The notes beneath the pieces were generated by a model, which was given only the letters and a program-made list of their open reading frames with translations, made no database searches and had not been told where the DNA came from. The position numbers were made by a program, and so were the translations under genes. Source: Candidatus Peribacteria bacterium (GTDB lineage: Bacteria; Patescibacteriota; Gracilibacteria; Absconditabacterales; Absconditicoccaceae). From it: a DNA stretch of 32,000 bases. The stretch spans positions 513,704-545,703 of the forward strand of contig CP060225.1 of assembly GCA_023898485.1 (NCBI GenBank). Reading direction: 5' to 3'. Every line of letters starts with the position of its first letter. Position 1 is the first letter of the stretch. Positions 1 through 8,737 of this stretch are shown here, piece after piece.

Positions 1-860
1 CGAGCTTTGAGTGCGTAGAAATCACGAGCAATATCATTGGAATCACTGACGGCCTGGAGCAATGCGTCCACAGCCGCTGGATCAACATCTTCGGACACTA
101 TCCTACTGGCATCAGGGCGATCATACGAGCGCAAGGTGTCGGTCGCGAGTTTGTATTCCAAGATGCTATTGAGTTCTCTCGTGGCCATGTACTCGATCTT
201 AGCTACGATCTCATGGATGTGTGTTGCTGCCTGGTCTCTGGTCGCTTTGTTGGCATGTTTGGTGAGTGTCATGAGTTCTTCAAAACTTCTCTCCGACTCC
301 TTTCCGTCCACTGTCATGGTCCTGGTCTCCTGCTTGAGAGCGTCCTCTACAAGATCACTCCAGTTTCCATACGACGATTTGGCGAGGAGTGCGACGGCTT
401 TTTCGGTCTCGCGAGAGAGATCATGCTGCGCTGATGCTCGGATGCGTTCGAGGAAGTGACGGTACGGCTGGAGTATAGGCGCACTTAAAAGCTTCTGATG
501 ATGTGAAGGATCGATTTTGCCCAGATTGAGTTCGAAAAATTGGAGACGAATCATCTGTTCTCTGGAGAGATGTTCTGCCTGACCCAAGCGCGCTTTGATC
601 TCGTCTGTGCCCTCCGTCGTATCACGGAGATATCGATAGCACATCTCACGTGTACCATAAGGATAGTCCGCCATCAGTGCTTCATAGTCATCGAGTGACT
701 GTTGTACTATCGGTGGGTCAGAAAAATCAACACTCTCCTGATCTCGCTGCGCAACGAAGGCATCGATACGTTCGATGAAGGTCTGATTATCGATTGCGAT
801 CTGTGGATCATCACCGCCAGCATATAGTGATGAGAGGTCTCGAGTGGTGGTTAGTTGCAT
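1..860 (-). CDS. pepF: M3-family oligoendopeptidase F-like peptidase, N-terminal part (gene starts at 860 and runs off the left edge)
   Basis: The minus-strand frame opens at ATG 858-860 and stays open to position 1. It is missing from the ORF track because it has no in-window stop. Translation MQLTTTRDLSSLYAGGDDPQIAIDNQTF...LQPYRHFLERIRASAQHDLSRETEKAV...DIARDFYALKA resembles the N-terminal half of M3B oligoendopeptidase F. The catalytic HEXXH would lie off-window. Confidence 0.7.
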   Translation of the reverse strand, partial: MQLTTTRDLSSLYAGGDDPQIAIDNQTFIERIDAFVAQRDQESVDFSDPPIVQQSLDDYEALMADYPYGTREMCYRYLRDTTEGTDEIKARLGQAEHLSREQMIRLQFFELNLGKIDPSHHQKLLSAPILQPYRHFLERIRASAQHDLSRETEKAVALLAKSSYGNWSDLVEDALKQETRTMTVDGKESERSFEELMTLTKHANKATRDQAATHIHEIVAKIEYMATRELNSILEYKLATDTLRSYDRPDASRIVSEDVDPAAVDALLQAVSDSNDIARDFYALKA

Positions 861-937
861 ATGTTTTGGGATAAATGTCACAATAAAAACTACGCCCCCA
901 CTCTACCAAAAGTGACAAAGAGAAGCAAGAGCAGTAT

Positions 938-1013
938 AGTAGCAAGTATCAAGTAGAACAGAGGTAGCAGGTATTCTTTACCTGTTACTTGCTACCTTTT
1001 GCTACCTGCTACC
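938..1013 (+). promoter_or_regulatory. Interleaved inverted repeats built from TGCTACC/GGTAGCA heptamers upstream of the nucleoside hydrolase gene
   Basis: GTAGCAAGTA (939-948) is the reverse complement of TACTTGCTAC (986-995). GGTAGCAGGTA (963-973) is the reverse complement of TACCTGCTACC (1003-1013). The order is A-B-A'-B' and the array ends 22 nt before the ATG at 1035. Confidence 0.3.
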
Positions 1014-1034
1014 TTTACCACTTCCTCCTCCTCT

Positions 1035-2015
1035 ATGACAGAGAAAAAACTAATCCCCGTCATCCTCGACTGCGATCCAGGCAATGATGATATTTTTGCT
1101 ATCCTGTGGGCGATGATCGCTCATCAGCATGGCTACATCGATCTCCAAGGAGTGACGACGCTCGGTGGTAATGTTTCAGCTGATCTAACCTATCGCAATG
1201 CACTCAGGATGAGAGATTTCACAGGTATTGATGTCCCTGTGGGCAAAGATCTCCGTCCCGTCGTCGGTGCGGGTGATGCGAGTCATATCCATGGTGCTGA
1301 TGGTATCGGTGGCTTAAGTAACTTATTGCCTGATGTGCAAGAACCGTCTCAGACCCTCGACAGCGTCCAGATGCTCATCGACGCGATCCAACGTCAACCG
1401 GGTCAGCTCACCATCTTGGTAACAGGACCGATGACCAATCTCGCTGCAGCGGAGCGCAAAGTGCCTGGTATCCTCCAGCAAACCAAGTATATCATCGCCA
1501 TGGGCGGTAGCTTCCATGCAGGAGGCAATGTCACTCCGACCAGCGAGTTCAATATCTGGTATGATAGCGCAAGTGCGAAAGCAGTCTTCGATGCGACGGA
1601 CCATATCGTCCTCATCCCGCTGGATGTGACACAGAGCTTCGTCTTCTCACCCGAAGATACCGAGCAGTTCTTGGCAGAAATCAATCATGGATATAAGGCG
1701 GACTTTATGCGCAAGCTCACCCAAGCCGTCATCCACACCACGAGGAACTTCAGAGAGACTCATTACCAAAACGGCTTCTTCGTCCATGATGGGCATGTGG
1801 TAGGCTTCTTGCTGTATCCACATCTGTACAGAGGCACCCTCGTCGGTGTCCATGTAGAAAATCAATGAGAGTACACCAAGGGAATGACCGTCGCAGACCG
1901 AAGAAATCACGCTCGTACGGACTATCGCAAGACCCTCGTCATCACGGATGTCGACCACTATGGATTCTTGGAAGCACTGGTGCAGGATTTTAGAGAGTTT
2001 GATTTTGGAGAATAA
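1035..2015 (+). CDS. Inosine-uridine preferring nucleoside hydrolase (IUNH) family protein
   Basis: MTEKKLIPVILDCDPGNDDIFAILWAM carries the DxDxxxDD aspartate cluster typical of IUNH enzymes. The track ORF ends at TGA 1866-1868, but reading it as Gly gives VHVENQGEYTKGMTVADRR, which matches the conserved xETxGxxTxGxTVxD block. The true stop is TAA 2013-2015, giving 327 codons in frame. Confidence 0.85.
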
Positions 2016-2063
2016 AAGTTGTTTTGTATATTTATTTTGTATCTTATAGATAAGATTAATCAC

Positions 2064-2378
2064 ATGTCTACCAACAGAAAAGCAAAACTCAACACCAACT
2101 ATATTGAGCGCATCATCAATGAGCATGAAAAAGAAAAACAACATTGAATCAATGGAGATCTCGACAAAAGGATTAATCATTTTTTCACCAACAAACAAGC
2201 TCATGAAATAGAAGCTATCAATAAAAGAATTCTGTCCATTATGCAAGAGCCACCGACGCGATATGATGGTGAATCAGAGGAATCTTTCCTCGATAAGTAC
2301 TATGAACGAGAAAATAAACAAATACACTATGTAAGCATTCTCAGCCTTATTGAGAAAAATTTATCACATCGCGTATAA
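2064..2378 (+). CDS. Hypothetical protein, 104 aa, one in-frame TGA
   Basis: ATG 2064 to TAA 2376-2378 is open only with TGA as sense. Translation MSTNRKAKLNTNYIERIINEHEKEKQHGINGDLDKRINHFF... has no recognisable family. The overlapping 199-aa minus ORF (1647-2246) runs antisense to the hydrolase and looks spurious. Confidence 0.35.
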
Positions 2379-2826
2379 GCAAACTCATGTGACTACATAC
2401 ATCCCATAGACTAGAAGATCAGATCTACGAACTCATATACGATCCATCTCTCTTGGAATGAGAGATTTATGATGTGCTCTATCCACTCCATACTCAAGCA
2501 CAAAATAATCTCGAAAAATACCTTCCTATAAACCAGAAGCCGTCGTTTGTATGGCTTCATCAAGTTGGTATACAATACAACAAAGATAGAAAAAAATGAT
2601 TTTTTATACCCACAGAAAAGACATACTATAGTCTTTATGACGCTCACCCTGATGGCACGATAGCGGACCCCATCATCATAGGAGATCAAAAAACTCACAC
2701 CTCATCCAGAAATGAGATGAGATTTTTCGTAGGGAAAAAATGAGATCAGATGATAGCTCCCTATATCATATCCACCCAAAAAGAAAAGATCATACACACT
2801 CTACTCCAAAAAAAATCATAAAAAGA

Positions 2827-2855
2827 AACCCGCGGTCCTTTCTCCGCGGGTTTTT
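2827..2855. terminator. Rho-independent terminator hairpin, usable on both strands
   Basis: AACCCGCGG (2827-2835) and CCGCGGGTT (2844-2852) form a GC-rich stem around an 8-nt loop. A T-run follows on the plus strand and TTTCTTTT follows on the minus strand. It lies 21 nt downstream of the stop of the minus-strand gene 2876-3262. Confidence 0.6.
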
Positions 2856-2875
2856 AATAGGTTTATACAAATAAT

Positions 2876-3262
2876 TTAAGCAATTTCTACTTCCATTCTT
2901 TTGGTGATAGTTATTGAATCTATAAATTCATCTACCAAACTATCATAATTGGTAATGGGAGGTTTTTGATTCTTGTTCTGAATCACATTCGCTATCTCAA
3001 ATAATTTTTTCACTCGCTTTGATTGCGAGTGGTTTTCCAAATCATCTACAGTCACCACAATTCTATTGCGGTTTTTTGATTTGAATGAGCCCCAGCAATC
3101 TCTTTCACCGGCAATGATAGCATATTTATTGCTTTTTTTTATTCTTCCTATCATGCACACGGGATCATGCGCACGCTCAAATCGCCTACCCCCTAAATGC
3201 AGGGTGTGACCTTTTTTGGATTGGCTTACTATCAATTGTTCTAATTGTTCTAATTTTGACAT
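2876..3262 (-). CDS. Hypothetical protein, 128 aa
   Basis: Complete ATG-to-TAA ORF with no TGA, followed by the terminator at 2827-2855. Translation MSKLEQLEQLIVSQSKKGHTLHLGGRRFERAHDPVCMIGR... has no family I recognise. Confidence 0.5.
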   Translation of the reverse strand: MSKLEQLEQLIVSQSKKGHTLHLGGRRFERAHDPVCMIGRIKKSNKYAIIAGERDCWGSFKSKNRNRIVVTVDDLENHSQSKRVKKLFEIANVIQNKNQKPPITNYDSLVDEFIDSITITKRMEVEIA

Positions 3263-3432
3263 AAATTTTATTATTTTTAATTTTAATTAATTTCTCATCT
3301 CTTTTTCCCTATCTTTTTTTAATTCAAAATAATTAGGGATAGCGGCAGATGATTCATCCGCTTTTTTTGGTTTTTTTAAGGTCCTCTTCTCATGTGGTTT
3401 TAGTTTTAGGATGTCAGTATATTTATCATAGA

Positions 3433-3461
3433 TTGTCAATGCAAGAGGAAATAAAGATAAT
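3433..3461 (+). promoter_or_regulatory. Candidate sigma70-type promoter (TTGTCA-N17-GATAAT)
   Basis: TTGTCA at 3433-3438, a 17-nt spacer, then GATAAT at 3456-3461, about 100 nt upstream of the PriA-like start. This is a sequence match only. Confidence 0.3.
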
Positions 3462-3561
3462 CTATAGAGCTACTATATGACCGTAGTCACAACGCTTGCT
3501 ATAACTCTTAGTATCTATATTATCTCTCTGTTTTCTTACCTCTTGCTTGCCTTCCTCCATT

Positions 3562-4305
3562 ATGTATATCTCTCTTCTCAATCGCTACTATGGACAGGAT
3601 AATATCGTATCATACACACCACCTCATGATTTGACCTGTAATGCAGGTGATGTGATGATCGTAGGATGAGAATACGGTATCGTCCTGGGAGAGTCTGTGG
3701 CGCGATGATGTGACTACGTACTGGATGATGCATCTTCCCATCAAGCAGAATCACTTCTTCTATCGCCTACCAGTATGATGATGGTGCATTGGATGGTGCA
3801 TGAGTGGTATAGTAGTTATCGCAAAGTTCTGCCACTCTGGCTAGGTAATGACATCACCAATCTTCTCAAAAGAAAACCTCAGACTCCCCCATCACCATCT
3901 CCTGCCTGATCACATCTCGTCAGATCCTGAACCTCACGGATACGAGATGACAAAAAACATCACGGACAACAGTGTATGATTTTCCCTGATTTACGGACTA
4001 TTTATAGCATGATCGACGAAAGAATAAGAACAGATAATGCTGTCGTTATTCTCTCCAGTGCTATGACTGAGAAACAGCGCAATGACGCTCGATGGGCTAT
4101 CAAATATGGCAAAAAGAGGATCATCCTCAGTACGCCTGCTGCGTTTTTTCATGATCGATATAGACTTACCGACATACAGGTGGTTGATTCACATCTTCGG
4201 TATTACAAAAATAGACAAAACCCAAGATACAATGTGAGTGCAGTCGTCGCACAGCGGAAAGCGCACCTTTCGACAACATCACATTCTATGCAAACTGAGC
4301 AATAA
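3562..4305 (+). CDS. Short, degenerate PriA-like protein (primosomal N'-like N-terminus; helicase motifs eroded)
   Basis: The frame from ATG 3562 joins the track ORF 3976-4305 through several TGA codons. The N-terminus MYISLLNRYYGQDNIVSYTPPHDLTCNAGDVMIVGGEYGIVLGES resembles the PriA 3'-DNA-binding domain. GQQCMIFPDLRTIYSM...VILSSAMTEKQRNDARWAIKYGKKRIILSTPAAFF...IQVVDSHLRYYKNRQNPRYNVSAVV is collinear with the PriA motif I-II region. No GxGKT Walker A is present, DEEH is replaced by DSHL, and the ORF stops (TAA 4303-4305) before any helicase C-domain or Zn-finger. Confidence 0.5.
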
Positions 4306-5206
4306 TCTGATAGACGATCAATAAGAATAAGAAGATAGTCAGGCCGACGATAAAGACGGTCTGCAGGATTTTTCCTGCACGTTTTGCTCATTCGCCATCA
4401 CCACCATCGGTAATATAGTTATAACCAGCTACAAAAATAGATCACAAAATACCTATACCTACCGCATATCCCAAAATTCTACTAACCTTGATAATGAGTG
4501 TGCGTGCCTGATCAAAAAATGTCGTATCCATTGCCAACAGATAGATGAAGTCGATCACTTTCATCAACACAAGAGCTATAACAACATTGATAATACCATT
4601 ACGGGCAGATTTGAGTTGCTCTTCGTGGCCCATAGCATGCATCATCCTATAACCAGCTATAACGAGTGCTATGATAGCTGCAAAAAATGACATTGCTTTG
4701 AAAAACGCCAAAAGTTGGAACCATAGATTATTTTGGAAATTGTTGACTAGCGCATTGCTACCTCATGGTGTCGTGAGATTGAGTGCAAAACCTAGTATCC
4801 AGACTGCACCAAAATACAAGAATGCACCATAGAGAAGTCGGATGAAATGTTTTTGTGCTGTTGCGAGTTTGGATTCATCATCTGCTTGTGTAAGAAATTG
4901 AATACCTATCCATATCAAGAAAATGAAAAAGATAGCTACGCCAATAATTCTTACATAACTCCACAAAAATCACCCATTCCCGCTAACGCTTGGATAAAAC
5001 AGTCTCTTAAGATTTTCTGCCAAAGAAGCATCAGGGTTGATCTGTAAGTCATAGACTTTTTCTGTGGTATTCTCACTATTGTCCTTAGGATTGGTTAAGT
5101 GATTAGCAAAATCTGTTTCAAAACTAGGAACTGTCGGCGGAGCTGCCATGCTTATGCCTACCAGGCTACATGCTGCCACTACTATGATTAGAATACTTTT
5201 CTTCAT
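4286..5206 (-). CDS. Secreted membrane protein made of three tandem VirB2/TrbC-like pilin hairpins (306 aa)
   Basis: Track ORFs 4970-5206, 4763-4966 and 4442-4711 share one frame and are joined only by TGA. A further TGA at 4442-4444 extends the frame to TAG 4286-4288. The signal peptide is MKKSILIIVVAACSLVGISMAAPP. Three TM - short charged loop - TM units follow, with loops TQADDESKLATAQKH, HAMGHEEQLKSARNG and TDGGDGEGAKRAGK. Confidence 0.6.
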
Positions 5207-5221
5207 AATGGATGTAGATAA

Positions 5222-5683
5222 TTACACATTAAAAATAAGTGCTACCAAACTTGTGACAAGTTTGATAATCAGATACACAGCCATCAGTATTACTACGCCT
5301 GTGACTATATTGAGTAGTGGTTTACGAATATCTTCAATCGTTTTGCCAAGCACTAGTTGTAGGCCCTGCCAGATGATGAGGATGACAGCTACCGATAATC
5401 CAATATAAATCATTCGATCAAGATATGGAGCAACTTTTTTTCTGATAGAATCAAAGGTATTCGCGAGACGATATGTAAAGGGATATGATCATTCTGTATT
5501 GGTCACGCTATCTAATGCAGTATCTTGTACTGGATCATATGTATTGGCATCTCTTACTACATTATCAAGAATCTCCATCGGAGATGATCCGAATTGTCAC
5601 CATCAGCCACTATTTTGTGCATAGAGGACAGATCACAATCAGATCATCATAAACATAAAACCACTGATTATATATCTTCTCAT
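5222..5683 (-). CDS. VirB2/TrbC-like (T4SS-type) pilin candidate, 153 aa
   Basis: ATG 5681-5683 to TAA 5222-5224 reads through four TGA codons. An N-terminal signal/TM segment (MRRYIISGFMFMMIGLGSVLYAQ) and a soluble spacer precede the C-terminal hairpin MIYIGLSVAVILIIWQGLQLVLGKTIEDIRKPLLNIVTGVVILMAVYLIIKLV. This architecture matches small pilins annotated in CPR and Gram-positive T4SS loci. Confidence 0.55.
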
Positions 5684-5748
5684 GTATCTATGGGTGGAGA
5701 GTAAAATACCTTACCTAGAGTATATGACAATAAAAAAGATAACACAAA

Positions 5749-6378
5749 TTATCCTATTACCTTCCATCACTTGAGTTGACACTGCTTCTGAAAATCATCA
5801 TAATCATCCCACGGAATTATTAGCACAATACCTATCTCATCTCCCATTACCTCCTGCGTAAAATGATATCACCTCTGTTCTCTCCGCTGCATCACTTCAT
5901 GAAAATCCTCAAATCAGACACGAATACGGATCTCTCTCATGATCGGAGTCTGGATTATTTTTGCCGTCTCGAGCACTGCTTGTGCTGTTTGTGTATATGC
6001 TTTGACTAATCATCACACACCTAGTAGTGTTCATCAGAAATAGCGTACTACTGCACATCAGACATTGCGAAGATCAGCTCACTGTAATACCTGCAAAATA
6101 GATCTTCCAGCTGTACCGGATGGCTCACCATCATCCTGACTATAATCACGTTCTGAATGTGTCACCACCTGTCCCATGATATCTCGCTGTATCTGCATAC
6201 CAATGCGATATGCATAACAGACATGGCTTGCCTTAGGATGCAATCACCAGATCTTCTCGATGCTATCTTTTACTTCATTTTCAGATGCTACATGAAAAAT
6301 ATACCCCTCAAACTTTGATCACTTAATCGGAGGAATAGCCATACGATGCGAGTCAATGATGGTATTATACGAAAACAT
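5749..6378 (-). CDS. yigZ: YigZ / IMPACT-family protein (UPF0029)
   Basis: Not in the ORF track because ten TGA codons break it up. With TGA=Gly it reads ...KASHVCYAYRIG...DDGEPSGTAGRSILQVLQGADLRNVGCAVVRYFGGTLLGVGGLVKAY..., matching the family motifs DDGEPxGTAG and RYFGGxxLGxGGLxRAY. Both GG pairs are TGA-TGA (6031-6036 and 6010-6015). The ORF is 210 codons and ends at TAA 5749-5751. Confidence 0.85.
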
Positions 6379-6416
6379 ACCATTATTCTAGAGAAAATAG
6401 GTATGATGTCGAGTGA

Positions 6417-7319
6417 TTATGCGTAGCCGACATTTGCGCTAATGGTCGCGTAATAGTCTTGTGTCTCTTGTGGACGAGTATTGAGTGGTTCTTTAGCATA
6501 TCATGGGCCATTATTGTATGCTATCAATGCTTGCTGCATATTGAACGTATCGCCACTTTTATATCCATATTCTGCCAAATACATAGCAGCAGCTTCTGCT
6601 GCATACACAGGATTTTTTGCAAGTGACTCTGAGTCAGGTGCCGCGACCTTTTTGTATCGATCTTTTGCTGTATCAGGCATAAATTGAAACAATCACTGTG
6701 CGCCCGCACTGCTTCCCAATGGTCTGTCTCCTTCTTTTAAGACTCATTTGCTCTCCTTTTTACACACCTCTACCAAAGTATTGATTGGCAATTTGTGTTT
6801 CCGTTCTAATCGATGTAAGTAAGAGATGTATGCGGTGTTCTTGAGGTATCCATCCTTGGGTAATTGTGACCAAGAGGTATGCTTCAAATCAATAATACTC
6901 TCTTTATCATATTGGGGCTCTTTCAGCTGTATTTTATCGGTTTCATATTTTAGTCATTTGATATCCTCTGCAGTTTTAGTTATATCATCTGATTCGACTG
7001 ATTGAGGATCTTGTAAAAATGATTTGATTATTACTGATTTTAGGACTCTCATGACAGGATTGGTTGGTTCCTCTCTCAGCCACTCAGCAATCGTACCGAC
7101 TGCGACATCTCATACCAGTGGAGATTGTATCATTTTATCATATATCTCTCTTCATCTATCATTCAGTCAGCTAGTGTCACCTTTTTCTAATGCAGATGCA
7201 AGCTGTTCATACTTACTATCTGTTTTTGTTTCCTTGGCTTCTATATTTTGTTTCTGATCATCATCCTGATCGGGCCCCTTGTTGAGGTTATTGTCTGCGA
7301 TATCACTTTTATCTACCAT
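6417..7319 (-). CDS. SLT-domain lytic transglycosylase with a long acidic N-terminal region (VirB1-like role possible)
   Basis: I translated codon by codon from ATG 7317-7319 to TAA 6417-6419 (301 codons) and found no TAA/TAG. The catalytic region is KKESKGVLKEGDRPLGSSAGAQGLFQFMPDTAKDRY...AYNNGPGY, matching ES...AGAxGLMQxMPxTA...YNxG. The Gly of GLFQFMP is TGA 6693-6695. Confidence 0.8.
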
Positions 7320-7441
7320 GGATCGATATAATAATTAAAACTCATTATATTTATTATAATACTTATGCTCCCTAAAGTCAAAAAATCCCCTCTGAAATGG
7401 AGAAGATTCTTTCTAATCTTATACAAACTTACACACTATAT

Positions 7442-8038
7442 CTACTGCCCTACCACTACCTTGGATGTAACGATCACTTGTTGATCGCCATCCTTTTTTC
7501 GTACAAATCATCTGGTAAATTCGGAGGTTATTTTGCCTTTGAGGGTGTCATCGTCTACTGGCTGTGCGCTGACTGGCTCATGGAGAGACATATCTGGTTC
7601 GAAGCCGAGCGCTTCGATCGGATAGATATTCATCTCTGCGAGCGTGGAGAGAAATTTGTCATACACGAGTTGCACACCTTCTGCGAGCTTAGAGTCCTTG
7701 ACACTTGTCTGGCACTCTTGAGATGCCTGATCATCAGACATGACTTCGAGTGATTTGCGGAGCTCATCCACAAATGGTAAGATCTTTTTCAGACTCTTGA
7801 TAAGTGCATCTTTTTCTGCCGTCTTCTTCGCTTCGTCGACTTGTCTCTGGAGGCGGTCCATATCGAATTTGATATTGACGTATTCGTTCTGCGCGCGTTT
7901 GGTCGTCTGCTCTGCTTCGGCGAGGCCTGATTCGAGTTTTTTCTTATCAGCTTCAAGCATTGCTATCTGCTCATTGAGCTGCTCGATGAGGATCTGCTCA
8001 GGGGTTTGGTCTGCTGATTTTTTGGTATCTTTGGTCAT
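7442..8038 (-). CDS. grpE: Nucleotide exchange factor GrpE
   Basis: An N-terminal coiled coil is followed by ...ILPFVDELRKSLE...GVQLVYDKFLSTLAEMNIYPIEALGFEPDMSLHEPVS. Reading through TGA 7508-7510 gives the expected C-terminal beta region EFTRGFVRKKDGDQQVIVTSKVVVGQ, with stop TAG 7442-7444. I placed the start at ATG 8036-8038 (MTKDTKK...). No dnaK is adjacent. Confidence 0.85.
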
Positions 8039-8095
8039 GATGATTACAAAAAGTATCACGTAAAGTGTGTAGGTGCTATAATAGGAAAAAATATC

Positions 8096-8113
8096 TTTTA
8101 TGCAAGATTATTT
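8096..8113. repeat. 18-bp direct repeat TTTTATGCAAGATTATTT, copy 1 (overlaps the 3' end of the toxin gene)
   Basis: Exact match to 8629-8646. Together the two copies bracket the RelE/RHH cassette. Confidence 0.8.
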
Positions 8114-8350
8114 GCCTCGTTTTTTGTAGATATCACCTCTAGATCATCATCAGACTATCTCGATCGATCACCCTTTCTCCATGAAAATAATCCTCTTATT
8201 ACCAATTCTTACTCTTTGGTATGGTGTTCCTTTGAGGGGTTTGATATCGAGTCATGTATGATCTCATGATATGAGCTGCATCAATACTTTTTTGATACGT
8301 TGTCTTTCTCATGTGGAAAGTGTATGGATCCATTTGATATAATCTTTCAT
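8108..8350 (-). CDS. RelE/ParE-superfamily type II toxin, 80 aa
   Basis: ATG 8348-8350 directly abuts the antitoxin stop. Translation is MKDYIKWIHTLSTGERQRIKKVLMQLISGDHTGLDIKPLKGTPYQRVRIGNKRIIFMEKGGSIEIVGGGSRGDIYKKRGK. The LKGxxYxRxRIGxxRIIF...RGDIY pattern is typical of RelE/ParE toxins. It has seven in-frame TGA codons, including a TGA-TGA-TGA run, so it is invisible in standard code. Confidence 0.7.
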
Positions 8351-8578
8351 CTAATCATCTAGAGCAGAGATAAACTCCTCCGCCGATATAGATTCAGAAA
8401 AAAATTCGTCACTCCATGATCCATTAATCTGCAACTGTATACGATCAGGATCAGCAATAGATCGTAACTGCATAGTTACCAGACTAGAGACACTGATACC
8501 AAGCTCTTCCGCCAGTGCCTGCAATCTCTGTTTTAGTTTGGTATCGATACGCATCGAAAAAGTGGTTTGTGTAGCCAT
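8351..8578 (-). CDS. Ribbon-helix-helix (CopG/RelB-like) antitoxin, 75 aa
   Basis: MATQTTFSMRIDTKLKQRLQALAEELGISVSSLVTMQLRS has the beta-strand/helix/helix RHH pattern. It sits immediately upstream of, and is co-oriented with, the toxin. Its stop is TAG. Confidence 0.65.
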   Translation of the reverse strand: MATQTTFSMRIDTKLKQRLQALAEELGISVSSLVTMQLRSIADPDRIQLQINGSWSDEFFSESISAEEFISALDD

Positions 8579-8628
8579 TGTATCTCTTATGTATGATAAA
8601 TGTATTACACAGTATAGTTATTTGCATG

Positions 8629-8646
8629 TTTTATGCAAGATTATTT
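8629..8646. repeat. 18-bp direct repeat TTTTATGCAAGATTATTT, copy 2 (at the presumed left end of the IS30-family element)
   Basis: Exact match to 8096-8113. It shares a TGCAAGA core, in inverted orientation, with 9708-9722 on the other side of the transposase gene. Confidence 0.8.
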
Positions 8647-8737
8647 TCACTGAATTCTATTTCAAAATAGCACACTAGCATAAATCTCTTAATAGGAGTA
8701 TAATCTATAGGATTTATACTCTATGTACTAGGTTATT

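Noticed and set aside
37-459. Plus-strand ORFs 37-459 and 213-434 from the track
   Set aside because: They lie antisense to the well-supported pepF-like frame (1-860, minus strand) and translate to low-information Ser/Ala/Leu-rich sequence.
1647-2246. 199-aa minus-strand ORF overlapping the nucleoside hydrolase 3' half
   Set aside because: It is antisense to a gene with strong family motifs. The translation has no recognisable features, and the plus-strand alternative (2064-2378) fits the intergenic layout better.
2380-2826. About 450-bp stretch with only the weak ORF 2411-2698 (minus strand, GTG start); considered as a gene or ncRNA
   Set aside because: The translation (…YRAIRVSVIKTIVCLFCGYKKSFF…) looks non-protein-like. 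All plus-strand frames are closed within a few dozen codons even with TGA as sense. I could not match any known RNA motif. I left it as unannotated non-coding DNA.
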